From an uncultured bacterium (GTDB lineage: Bacteria; Patescibacteriota; Minisyncoccia; UBA6257; GWB1-50-10): a DNA stretch of 64,000 bases. The DNA lies in assembly GCA_963722655.1 (NCBI GenBank), contig CAVRNT010000001.1, forward strand, positions 313,808 through 377,807, written 5' to 3'. A program made the translations under genes and the position numbers. Position 1 is the first letter of the stretch. Each line of letters begins with the position of its first letter. The notes under the pieces were generated by a model, which was not told where the DNA came from, did no database searches, and saw nothing but the letters and a program-made list of their open reading frames with translations. Positions 44,851 through 53,568 of the stretch are shown in pieces.

Positions 44851-45047
44851 GTACTTCATACTTCGAGTTGCTCTTTATTTCATCTTTATATTTAAAGTCC
44901 TCGAAGTTCTTTTGAAGGAAAAATTGGTGCAAGCTTTTTGTCCCCGCCCCTCTGTTTTAGTTTGCCTTTTTTGTCCAAAAGCGCAGCGAAATAAGTGCAG
45001 AGTGCGTGATTGGTATTTAAAGATTTAAAATTGTAATATTTAAATAA

Positions 45048-46061
45048 ATGTCCACTGGCCACGGCCTATCATCCTTGATCCCGCCCAAGAGGAACGAGCC
45101 CCCCACACTGAACGGAGGGTCAACGAACAGCGGTGAAAATGCCGGCGTTCAAGTGTCGCACCCAAACATATCTTTCCACGACAGGGGTTTGGAGCGGGGG
45201 CAAGCTCCGCGTTCATCCCCACAGTCATCGGTCCAACACGAACACCGTCCGCTGGCGCAAGCCAAGCCGCCCAAAAGCGGTGAGATGATCTATCAGCTTG
45301 AAACCGATAAGATTCTCCCGAATCCTTACCAGCCGCGGGCAGAATTTCCGGACGAAGGACTTCGGGAACTTGCCCAGTCCATCCGCGAGTTCGGCATCCT
45401 CCAGCCGCTCGTCGTCTCCAAGATCATCAAAGAGACCGAGGCGGGCGCCGACGTTGAGTACCAGCTCATCACCGGCGAGAGGCGGTTGCGGGCCGCCAGA
45501 ATCGCCGGGCTGGAGCGCGTGCCGGCCATAATTAGAGCGGTGGATGGGGCGCGCCACAAGCTTGAGATGGCGCTCATCGAGAATGTCCAGCGGGCGGATT
45601 TGAACCCCTTGGAATCCGCCAAGGCCTACGCCCGGCTCCAGGACGAGTTCGGGCTCACCCAGCGGGAGATCGCTGCCCGGGTGGGCAAGAGCCGCGAGGC
45701 GGTCGCGAACACCCTGCGCCTTTTGAACCTGCCGGCGGCGGCTCGGCAAGCGCTCGCCGAAGGCCGGCTCAACGAATCGCAGGCGCGGACGCTCCTCGGT
45801 ATCCAAAGTCCGGAGGAACAGAACCGCGTTCTCGCGAACATCTTGACGGGCAAGATGTCCGTTCGGGCGGTCCGCGGCGAAGTGGAGAAGGCGAAGCCCC
45901 AGGACCCGGAGGCCGGCTATTGGAGCAAGCGCATCGAGGAGAATCTCGGCGCGCCGGTCAGGGTCTTGAAAGAGGGCGGCCGCGGCAAGATCGTCGTGGA
46001 GTTCTTCTCCGATGACGAATGGCGGGCGCTCACCGAGAAGCTCGGCGGCCCTGCGGAATAG
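45048..46061 (+). CDS. parB: Chromosome partitioning protein ParB/Spo0J
   Basis: GLSSLIP, PNPYQPR, LITGERRLRA, ALIENVQRADLNPLE, HTH VGKSREAVANTLRLL. Confidence 0.95.
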   Translation: MSTGHGLSSLIPPKRNEPPTLNGGSTNSGENAGVQVSHPNISFHDRGLERGQAPRSSPQSSVQHEHRPLAQAKPPKSGEMIYQLETDKILPNPYQPRAEFPDEGLRELAQSIREFGILQPLVVSKIIKETEAGADVEYQLITGERRLRAARIAGLERVPAIIRAVDGARHKLEMALIENVQRADLNPLESAKAYARLQDEFGLTQREIAARVGKSREAVANTLRLLNLPAAARQALAEGRLNESQARTLLGIQSPEEQNRVLANILTGKMSVRAVRGEVEKAKPQDPEAGYWSKRIEENLGAPVRVLKEGGRGKIVVEFFSDDEWRALTEKLGGPAE

Positions 46062-46065
46062 GGTT

Positions 46066-47763
46066 CTAAGAGATTATTTTCGTACTTACTTCTTTCGTTG
46101 ACGGTATCTTTTTTAAGCTCACCGTCATTTTTTCTATCTTTGCCTGCGGGAGCGGCGGGGTGCGGAGCGTCACGATGGAAAAGGTCTGGCGCGGGTCTGT
46201 CTGGCTGTTCAAAAAGGTGATATTCACCTTGTTGCGCGCGAAGACGGCCGTCACCTCCTTCAAATAGCCGGGCCGGTCCACGTTCACGATCTTGAAGTCC
46301 ACGCCCAAGGGGCCGGTCTTCTTCCGCAGGGCGCTCGCGCTTTCCTTGAGCGCGCCTCGGATGTGCTTCTTGGCGATCTCCGTTTTGGCGAATTGGAGCC
46401 AGTCCTCGGACGGCTTCTTGCCCTTTTGGGTCACGATCTCCACGACGTCGCCGGAATGGAGTTCGGTCGTGATGGGCACGATCTTGCCGTTCACCCGGGC
46501 GCCGACGCAGGTATCGCCGATTTGGGAGTGGATCTGATAGGCGAAATCCACCGGCGTCGCCCCGGCGGGGAGATCGATGACGTCGTTCCCGGGCGTGAAG
46601 ACGAAGATCCGGTCCTTGAAGAAATCCACTTTGACCGCTTCCAAGAACTCCTTTTGGCTCGCGAAGGTCTTTTGCCAGTTTTGGAGCTGTTGCACCCAGA
46701 CGAGCTCCTTTTTGTTCTTGACGCCGACCCAGCCGCCGCGGGTCTTGTTGGAACTCTTGACCTGTTCATAGGCCCAGTGGGCGGCGATACCGAGCTCATT
46801 TTCCTCGTGCATTTCCTTGGTCTTAATCTGGATTTCGAGGATCTTGTTTTCTATGCAGAAGACCGTGGTGTGCAAACTGCGGTAACCGTTCGCCTTGGGC
46901 CGTGCGATGTAGTCCTTGAAGCGGCCGGGCATCGGTTGCCACAGGCTGTGGATGATGCCGAGGGCCGCATAGCACTCTGCGACCGTCCCCACGATGATGC
47001 GGAGTGCGACGAAATCGTAGATCTCGTTCAAATTCATGTTGTGGCGGAGGAGCTTGCGGTACAAACTGTAGTAGCGCTTAGCCCGTGCGTCGATGGCGAC
47101 CGGATGAATGTTGTGCTCTTCGAGCGCCCTCCGGACGACCGGGAGCACCCGGCTCATGTAGTGCTGGCGCTCCTCGTAGGTCTCCTTCACTTCCTTCATC
47201 AGCCACTTATATTCCTTCGGATAGATGCAGGGGAAGGCGAGGTCCTCCAGCTCGCCCGAAAGCTTCTGCATCCCGAGGCGGTAGGCGAGCGGAGCGTAGA
47301 TGTCGGCGGTTTCGCGGGCGAAAGGTTCCTGGCGTTCCTTGGGCAGGAATTGGATCGTCCGCATGTTGTGGAGGCGGTCGGCGAGCTTAATGATCAAGAT
47401 CCGCAGGTCCTCGCTGAAAGCGATGATGAACCGCCGCATATTCTCCGCGTCTTGGTTTTTGTATTTAATATCCCGAAGTTTAGTGAGACCCTCGACGAGG
47501 AAGGCGACCTCCGTGCCGAAGTCCATTCGAATGTCCGCGAGCGTGACCGCAGTGTCCTCGGCGACGTCGTGGAGGAACGCCGCCGCGATCGAGGTTTCGT
47601 CCAGCCCCCATTCCTTCACGGTTTCCGCGACGGCCAAGGGGTGCGTGATATAGGGTTCGCCACTCGAGCGCTTTTCGCCCTCGTGGGCGAGGAGCGCCAG
47701 GTTGTAGGCCTTCCGCACCAAGCTTCCTTCGGGATAGATTTTAAGCCATTCCGTTCCGGTCAT
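46066..47763 (-). CDS. relA: Bifunctional (p)ppGpp synthetase/hydrolase (HD-SYNTH-TGS-ACT)
   Basis: SGEPYITHP, LHDVAED, KLADRLHNMRT, KDYIA.PK.NGYRSLHT, EIQIKT, TPVDFAY; start at ATG47763, 7 nt from TTGTCA-17-TAAAAT. Confidence 0.92.
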   Translation of the reverse strand: MTGTEWLKIYPEGSLVRKAYNLALLAHEGEKRSSGEPYITHPLAVAETVKEWGLDETSIAAAFLHDVAEDTAVTLADIRMDFGTEVAFLVEGLTKLRDIKYKNQDAENMRRFIIAFSEDLRILIIKLADRLHNMRTIQFLPKERQEPFARETADIYAPLAYRLGMQKLSGELEDLAFPCIYPKEYKWLMKEVKETYEERQHYMSRVLPVVRRALEEHNIHPVAIDARAKRYYSLYRKLLRHNMNLNEIYDFVALRIIVGTVAECYAALGIIHSLWQPMPGRFKDYIARPKANGYRSLHTTVFCIENKILEIQIKTKEMHEENELGIAAHWAYEQVKSSNKTRGGWVGVKNKKELVWVQQLQNWQKTFASQKEFLEAVKVDFFKDRIFVFTPGNDVIDLPAGATPVDFAYQIHSQIGDTCVGARVNGKIVPITTELHSGDVVEIVTQKGKKPSEDWLQFAKTEIAKKHIRGALKESASALRKKTGPLGVDFKIVNVDRPGYLKEVTAVFARNKVNITFLNSQTDPRQTFSIVTLRTPPLPQAKIEKMTVSLKKIPSTKEVSTKIIS

Positions 47764-47792
47764 ATCTAAGATTTTATGCCGGGGCGGGATTA

Positions 47793-47854
47793 TTGACAAA
47801 GAACGCCATTTTCCTAAAATAGGACTACTAGCAATCAAAGGTCTGTCGTGCTAA
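47793..47854 (+). promoter_or_regulatory. groES promoter and degenerate CIRCE
   Basis: TTGACA-16-TAAAAT (47793-47820), then CTAGCAATC-N9-TCGTGCTAA (47828-47854). Confidence 0.7.
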
Positions 47855-47881
47855 AGCACTTTAGTGCCACATTAGCGAAAT

Positions 47882-48175
47882 ATGCAAATAAAGCCACTCT
47901 CTAATCGTGTAGTTGTTGAGCTCATTGAGGATGAGCAGAAGACCACGAAATCCGGCATCGTTTTGCCGGACACAGTGGAGAAAAAGGAGCAGTCCAAAGG
48001 GATCGTGGCCGCCGTCGGGGCGGGTAAGGTCCAGAACGGCGTGCGGGTCGCGCCGGAGGTCAAGGTCGGCGACAAGGTCATCTTCAGCAAACCCTGGGGG
48101 GAAGACAAGAAGATGGAAGAAAATGGTAAAACGTACTTCATCGTGGATGAGGACGATATCCTCGCAATCATTTAA
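47882..48175 (+). CDS. groES: Co-chaperonin GroES
   Basis: IKPLSNRVVV, TKSGIVLPDT, VKVGDKV, EDDILAII. Confidence 0.96.
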   Translation: MQIKPLSNRVVVELIEDEQKTTKSGIVLPDTVEKKEQSKGIVAAVGAGKVQNGVRVAPEVKVGDKVIFSKPWGEDKKMEENGKTYFIVDEDDILAII

Positions 48176-48180
48176 AAACA

Positions 48181-49815
48181 ATGGCCAAGGACATTAAATT
48201 CAACGAAGACGCCCGTGCGGCGATGAAAAAAGGGATGGACATCCTCGCCGAGGCGGTCCGGATGACCCTCGGCCCCCGGGGCCGGGCGGCCGTCATTGAA
48301 AAGGGCTACGGTGCGCCGCAAGTCACCTTCGACGGTGTGACTGTTGCCAAAGAGATAGAACTTCAGGACAAATATGAGAATTTGGGTGCTGAATTCTTGA
48401 AGCAAGCGGCCGACAAGACCGACGAGGGCGTCGGTGACGGCACGACGACGGCGGTGGTCCTCGCCCACACGATGATTGAGGAAGGCGAAAAGGCCATCGC
48501 GGAAAAAGGTTTCAACGTCATTCAACTGGCCGAAGAATTGAAACGCGGGAGCGACGCCGTTTTGAAGGCCCTCGAAAAGCAGAAAGAGGAGATCAACGAC
48601 AACAAAAAGGTGGAAGAAGTGGCCACGCTTTCGGCCAAAGACAAGGCGATCGGTGGGCTCATCGCCGAAGTGATGGGCAAGCTCGGCCGCGAGGGCGTCG
48701 TGACGGTGGAGGACTCGAACGCCATCGGCAATTCCTACGAACTCGTCGAAGGAATGCAGTTCGACCGCGGCTACGTTTCGGCCTATATGGTGACGAACCA
48801 GGAACGGATGGAATCGGTCCTTGAGGACCCTTACGTCCTCGTGACGGACAAGAAGGTCTCGGCGATCGGTGAGCTCCTACCGCTCCTTGAAAAGATCGTC
48901 CAGAGCGGCAAGAAAGAGCTCCTCATCATCGCCGATGACATCGACGGCGAAGCGCTCGCGACGCTCGTTTTGAACAAGATCCGCGGTATCTTCAATGTCT
49001 TGGGCGTCAAAGCCCCCGGTTTCGGTGACCGGAAAAAGGAAATGCTCCAGGACATCGCGATCGTCGTGGGCGCGACCTTCGTTTCCGACGATCTGGGCAA
49101 GAAATTGGACAATGTGGAATTAGGTGACCTTGGTCACGCTCATCGTATTGTCGCCGACAAGGACAAGACGACGATCGTGGGAGGCGCGGGCGAAAAGAGC
49201 GCGATTGCGGAGCGCGTGAAGCAGATAAGATCGCAGGTTCAAAAAACCGATTCCGAATTCGACAAGGAAAAATTGCAGGAGCGCCTCGGCAAGCTCTCCG
49301 GGGGAGTGGCCGTCATTAAGGTCGGCGCCCCAACGGAATCGGCCCAGAAAGAACTCAAACAGCGCGTGGAGGATGCGGTGAACGCCACAAAAGCGGCGAT
49401 GGAAGAAGGCATTGTGCCGGGCGGCGGGATCGCCCTCTTTAACGTTGTACCGTCGATAACTCCGAATAAATTGGAAACCGGTTCCGTCACGGCGGCGGTT
49501 TACACTATATTGAGGTGTGCTCTCCAAGCGCCGCTCGCCGCGATCATTGAGAACAGCGGCGAGAGCGTAAGCAATACCACGAATAAATTGAAAGATAATT
49601 GGCAAAAGGGGAACAGCTGGAGCGGCTTCAACGCCTTCACGAACAAGATCGAGGACCTTAAATCGGCTGGCGTCGTCGACCCGTTGAAGGTCACGAAAAC
49701 CGCCTTCACGAACGCCGTCTCGGTCGCGGCGAACTATCTCACGATCGGCGCGGCCGTCACGGAAATCCCGGAGAAGAAGGAGAATCCACCGCCGGGCGGA
49801 GGAATGGAATACTAG
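48181..49815 (+). CDS. groEL: Chaperonin GroEL
   Basis: TLGPRGR, DGVTVAKE, GDGTTTA, GMQFDRGY, KAPGFGDR, GIVPGGG. Confidence 0.97.
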   Translation: MAKDIKFNEDARAAMKKGMDILAEAVRMTLGPRGRAAVIEKGYGAPQVTFDGVTVAKEIELQDKYENLGAEFLKQAADKTDEGVGDGTTTAVVLAHTMIEEGEKAIAEKGFNVIQLAEELKRGSDAVLKALEKQKEEINDNKKVEEVATLSAKDKAIGGLIAEVMGKLGREGVVTVEDSNAIGNSYELVEGMQFDRGYVSAYMVTNQERMESVLEDPYVLVTDKKVSAIGELLPLLEKIVQSGKKELLIIADDIDGEALATLVLNKIRGIFNVLGVKAPGFGDRKKEMLQDIAIVVGATFVSDDLGKKLDNVELGDLGHAHRIVADKDKTTIVGGAGEKSAIAERVKQIRSQVQKTDSEFDKEKLQERLGKLSGGVAVIKVGAPTESAQKELKQRVEDAVNATKAAMEEGIVPGGGIALFNVVPSITPNKLETGSVTAAVYTILRCALQAPLAAIIENSGESVSNTTNKLKDNWQKGNSWSGFNAFTNKIEDLKSAGVVDPLKVTKTAFTNAVSVAANYLTIGAAVTEIPEKKENPPPGGGMEY

Positions 49816-49968
49816 AGACAAGCGACAGGGGACAAGAGACAAAGAGAAAGTGGCGAAAAAATCTTGGTATCATTAATGATACCAAGATTTTTATTTGACC
49901 GGGTAGTAGAAACTCGACTTCCGCCAAAGGCGGCACGGCATAGAGCGGTCGAGTTTTCACTACCCGGT
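49814..49968. repeat. Stack of repeats: four RGNGACA heptamers, a 36-bp perfect palindrome, and a long hairpin enclosing CCGCC-AAA-GGCGG
   Basis: Heptamers 49814-49841; AAAAATCTTGGTATCATT|AATGATACCAAGATTTTT at 49857-49892; ACCGGGTAGT...ACTACCCGGT at 49898-49968. Confidence 0.8.
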
Positions 49969-50033
49969 TTGACATCGCAACGATCGGATTGTATCCTGCA
50001 AAAAACATTCAGTTCGTTAAAAAGGAGGAGAAA

Positions 50034-50183
50034 GTGCTATACACCTACAGCAGTTCGTATGATCGCCAGACGGCGATCATCGCCGGGATACTTTTCGTCG
50101 TGATATTGGTCATACCAGCCGCAATGGCTGTCTATGCAAGGATAAGATACGGCAAGAATCAGAACAGTATGAACAATGGATAG
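50034..50183 (+). CDS. Small single-TM protein (49 aa)
   Basis: AGGAGG SD before GTG50034; promoter TTGACA-17-TATCCT at 49969; one hydrophobic helix. Confidence 0.6.
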   Translation: MLYTYSSSYDRQTAIIAGILFVVILVIPAAMAVYARIRYGKNQNSMNNG

Positions 50184-50288
50184 ATATGATGATGAATATG
50201 CGCCACCGGGTTTATTGTACCGGCGGCGCTTTTATTTTCGCTTGACACCGCTTTTCCAATCTGCTAAATTCCATTTCAGTTCTCCAAA

Positions 50289-50360
50289 GCGGAAGTAGCT
50301 CAATCGGCAGAGCGCCGGGCTTTTTCCCGGAGGTTGGAGGTTCAAGCCCTTCCTCCCGCT
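50289..50360 (+). tRNA. Atypical tRNA or pseudo-tRNA (Lys-like, 6-nt anticodon loop)
   Basis: GCGGAAG-TA-GCTC-AATCGGCA-GAGC-G-CCGGG-CTTTTT-CCCGG-AGGTT-GGAGG-TTCAAGC-CCTTC-CTCCCGC-T; promoter TTGACA-17-TAAATT at 50242. Confidence 0.65.
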
Positions 50361-50440
50361 CGCTGTCCCATAATAATGGCCGTCCGTGTTCATTTTCCGG
50401 GCGGCTTTTCTTTTATCCAAAAAATTGCTAATATACTGAA

Positions 50441-50986
50441 ATGACAATAATTTTAGTCGTTTTAATTCTAGTCGTTTTGTGGCTCATCCTCGCCTTCAAC
50501 GGCTTGGTACGGCGGAAGAATCGCGTGGCCGAGGCCTGGTCGGACATCGAGGTCCAGCTCAAGCGCCGGTACGATCTGATCCCGAACCTCGTCGAGACCG
50601 TGAAGGGCTATGCCGCTCACGAAAAATCGGTATTTGAAAACGTGACGAAGGCCCGCGCGAACGCGATGGGCGCCCAGGACCCCAAGGCCAAGCTCCAGGC
50701 GAACGACATGCTTTCGAACGCTTTAAAATCGCTTTTCGCCGTTGCGGAGAACTACCCCCAGCTTAAGGCCAACGAGAACTTCAGTAAGCTCCAGGACGAG
50801 CTGACCGACACCGAAGACAAGATCCAAGCGGCCCGCCGGTTCTATAACGGGAACGTAAGGGACTTCAATACGGCCATTCAGGTCTTTCCGACGAACCTCA
50901 TCGCCAGCGCCTTCAGCTTCAAGATACAGGAAATGTTCGACGTGGATAACCCGGCGGAAAGGGAAGCGATCAAGGTGAAATTCTGA
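50441..50986 (+). CDS. lemA: LemA family protein
   Basis: AWSDIEVQLKRRYDLIPNLVETVKGY..HE, ENYPQLKA, ARRFYN. Confidence 0.95.
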   Translation: MTIILVVLILVVLWLILAFNGLVRRKNRVAEAWSDIEVQLKRRYDLIPNLVETVKGYAAHEKSVFENVTKARANAMGAQDPKAKLQANDMLSNALKSLFAVAENYPQLKANENFSKLQDELTDTEDKIQAARRFYNGNVRDFNTAIQVFPTNLIASAFSFKIQEMFDVDNPAEREAIKVKF

Positions 50987-50987
50987 C

Positions 50988-51065
50988 GCACGAACTTCCA
51001 CGAATTATGCACGAATGCCACGAATCCAGTTCGTGAAATTCGTGGTTGATTAGTGCGCATTAGTG
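50988..51065. repeat. Four CACGAA direct repeats facing four TT(C/A)GTG inverted repeats
   Basis: CACGAA at 50989, 50999, 51010, 51019; TTCGTG/TTAGTG at 51030, 51039, 51050, 51060. Confidence 0.75.
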
Positions 51066-51073
51066 AGTGCATC

Positions 51074-51985
51074 ATGAAAACTCTCTACACTCAAGTAGCC
51101 AGCAACATCCGCAAAACGTGGTTCCTCATCACGTTCATTTTTGTCCTCATCATCGGACTGGGATTTCTCTTCAGCCAGGCCTACAACTCGCCGGGGATAC
51201 TCGTTTTCGCCGTCATCCTGAGCTTAGCGCTGAACGGCATCGGTTACTGGTATTCCGACAAGATCGCGCTCGCGATCTCGGGCGCTCGGCCGGTAGAGAA
51301 GAAAGACAACCCCGAGCTTTACCGCATCGTGGAGAATCTGGCGATCACCGCTGGCCTCCCGACGCCCAAGATCTATATTATCCCGGTCGCGGCGCCGAAC
51401 GCCTTCGCGACCGGTCGGGACAAAGAGCACGCCTCGGTGGCGGTCACCCAGGGATTGCTCCAGATAATGGACAAGGACGAACTTCAGGGCGTTTTGGCCC
51501 ACGAACTCTCGCACGTCGGGAACCGCGACATCCTCGTTTCGAGCTTGGTCGTCGTCCTCGTGGGCGTCGTTTCGCTCCTTGCCGATTTCTTCCTCCGGAT
51601 GAGCTTTTTGGGCGGCGGCCGGCGGAACGACCGCGGCGAGGGCGGCCAGATCGCCCTCGTTCTGGGCATGATCGGGGCGGTCCTCGCGCCCATCGCGGCC
51701 ACCTTGATTCAGCTCGCGATCTCGCGCAAGCGGGAGTCGCTCGCCGATGCCTCGGGAGCGCTTCTCACGCGCTATCCCGAAGGTCTCGCGAAAGCGCTCG
51801 AAAAGATAGAACGGAGCCAAACGCCGCTCAAGACGGCTAGTTCCGCGACGGCCCATCTTTACTTCACGAACCCGTTCAGGGCGGACGTGGGCGACGGCAA
51901 GCGGACACCTTTCCTCGTCCGGATCTTCTCCACCCATCCGCCGATCGAAGAGCGCATCAAGGCCCTCCGCGAGATGAGTGTTTAA
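51074..51985 (+). CDS. htpX: M48 zinc metalloprotease HtpX
   Basis: PNAFATGR, HELSH, SRKRESLAD, FSTHPPIEERI. Confidence 0.93.
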   Translation: MKTLYTQVASNIRKTWFLITFIFVLIIGLGFLFSQAYNSPGILVFAVILSLALNGIGYWYSDKIALAISGARPVEKKDNPELYRIVENLAITAGLPTPKIYIIPVAAPNAFATGRDKEHASVAVTQGLLQIMDKDELQGVLAHELSHVGNRDILVSSLVVVLVGVVSLLADFFLRMSFLGGGRRNDRGEGGQIALVLGMIGAVLAPIAATLIQLAISRKRESLADASGALLTRYPEGLAKALEKIERSQTPLKTASSATAHLYFTNPFRADVGDGKRTPFLVRIFSTHPPIEERIKALREMSV

Positions 51986-52006
51986 TTCTTTGGTATAGTG
52001 AAAGGC

Positions 52007-52549
52007 ATGGAGTCGGATGAAAAGCTGGTCGAGACCTATCTCGGTGGAAACGAAGCGGCCCTGAACGAGCTCGTCCGCCGCTACGCCGGCCACATCTACA
52101 ATTTCATCTACCAGTACATCCGTTCGCCCCAGGAGACCGAGGACCTGACCCAGGACACCTTCTTCAAGGTTTGGCGCCATTTGCGTAAGTTCGACACGAC
52201 GAAGAAGTTCAAGGTTTGGATCTTCCAGATCGCGCGGAACACCGTCTTCGATTTCCTGCGGAAGAAGCGGACCCAAGTGCTCTCCGACCTCGGGGACGAG
52301 GAGACGGGGGAGTTCGACGTGCCGGACAATCAGCCCTTGCCGGAAGAAGTCTTCGAACGGAAGGAGACTGAGTTCAAGGTGCGGAAGATAATCGCGTCGC
52401 TCCCGCCCGTCTATCAGGCGGTGCTTTCGCTCTATTACTTGAACCAGTTGAATTTCCGCGAGATCGCCGAGGTCTTGGGAGAGCCGATCGACACCGTGAA
52501 GGCCCGCCATCGCCGGGCGATCATCCGCCTCAAGAAAGAGCTCTTATGA
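52007..52549 (+). CDS. ECF RNA polymerase sigma factor
   Basis: EDLTQDTF, FKVWIFQIARN, EIAEVLGEPIDTVKARHRRA. Confidence 0.92.
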   Translation: MESDEKLVETYLGGNEAALNELVRRYAGHIYNFIYQYIRSPQETEDLTQDTFFKVWRHLRKFDTTKKFKVWIFQIARNTVFDFLRKKRTQVLSDLGDEETGEFDVPDNQPLPEEVFERKETEFKVRKIIASLPPVYQAVLSLYYLNQLNFREIAEVLGEPIDTVKARHRRAIIRLKKELL

Positions 52550-52679
52550 CCCCGCCCCTGGTTGACACACCCAAAAAGGTCGGTGTCTCGTATACACTTC
52601 CGAGGACAACTTTAGTGAACGAAGGGAGGGAAATTGTCCATAACGTTGGCGCATTCGGCGCCGCCGGTAGGTTTTTATC

Positions 52680-53099
52680 ATGCTTGAAGAAAAAATAGCC
52701 AAGATAGAAAAGACCGCTCAAAGGGCCCCGGCGGGACTGCCGGAGCGGATCATCCTTTTCCTGGAAACGAAGATGAAGGCGCGCGCGCGGACGCGAGCGG
52801 TCCTTTACTGCGTCTGCTCTGCCGCCGCCGGCGTCGGTTTGTACGCCTCCGGGACGTCGCTCTTCGCCGGCTTCCGGGCGGGCGGCACCGGACAGATCTT
52901 CTCCCTGGTCTTCTCCGATTTTCAGACGGTCGTCGCCAACTGGAAATACTTCCTGATGTCGCTTTTCGAGTCGCTGCCCATATTGTCTTTGGTGCTCGCG
53001 CTCTTCGCCGCGGCCGCCCTTTTTGCGATGGTAACGCTCGCAATCGCGGACTTCCGCAAGGTCGGCGACATCGATCGGGCACTTTTCAAAAATGTTTAA
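52680..53099 (+). CDS. Membrane protein downstream of the ECF sigma (possible anti-sigma)
   Basis: P.GLPERI N-terminus, two TMs, SL.FSD...V...W..F..SL.ESLP. Confidence 0.65.
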   Translation: MLEEKIAKIEKTAQRAPAGLPERIILFLETKMKARARTRAVLYCVCSAAAGVGLYASGTSLFAGFRAGGTGQIFSLVFSDFQTVVANWKYFLMSLFESLPILSLVLALFAAAALFAMVTLAIADFRKVGDIDRALFKNV

Positions 53100-53562
53100 C
53101 GAACTCAAGGAGAAAAAGTGGCTGGTGTGGATCCTGGTCGCGGTGGGCGAACTAGCCGTCCTCCTTCTGGTCTTTCGCGTCGGCGAGGTGATCGGCGTTG
53201 AACGGGCGAACTTCAACAGCGGTTGGGCGGCGAACTACGGCCGCCTTTTCGGCGAGCCCCGCCCCGGGTTCTTCGATGAATCCGGCGCCCTGCCGCCGGT
53301 GCCGGCCTTCGGTAACGCGGGAACCGTCCTCAGTATCGGGAACGGCGACATCGTCATCCGGGACGCGGGCAACAACGAAAAGACGATTACCGTCTCTTCC
53401 TCGACACCCATCCGCGAAGGCCTGAACGAAATAATGATGGCCAACATCCCTCCCGGCGCCCAGATCGTCGTGATCGGCGCACCAGACGCCCAAGGTCAAA
53501 TCGTCGCCCACTTCGTGCGGGTCTTCCCGGACGAGCAGGAATCTTCATCGACCGGACAATAA
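53092..53562 (+). CDS. Single-TM protein with DUF5666-like small beta-barrel
   Basis: GTVLSI...IVI...T.I...IVVIGAPDAQGQIVAHFVRV. Confidence 0.65.
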   Translation: MFNELKEKKWLVWILVAVGELAVLLLVFRVGEVIGVERANFNSGWAANYGRLFGEPRPGFFDESGALPPVPAFGNAGTVLSIGNGDIVIRDAGNNEKTITVSSSTPIREGLNEIMMANIPPGAQIVVIGAPDAQGQIVAHFVRVFPDEQESSSTGQ

Positions 53563-53568
53563 ATAAAA

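Noticed and set aside
44860-45047. AT-rich tract before parB as oriC or parS
   Set aside because: No DnaA boxes and no match to the TGTTTCACGTGAAACA parS consensus were found.
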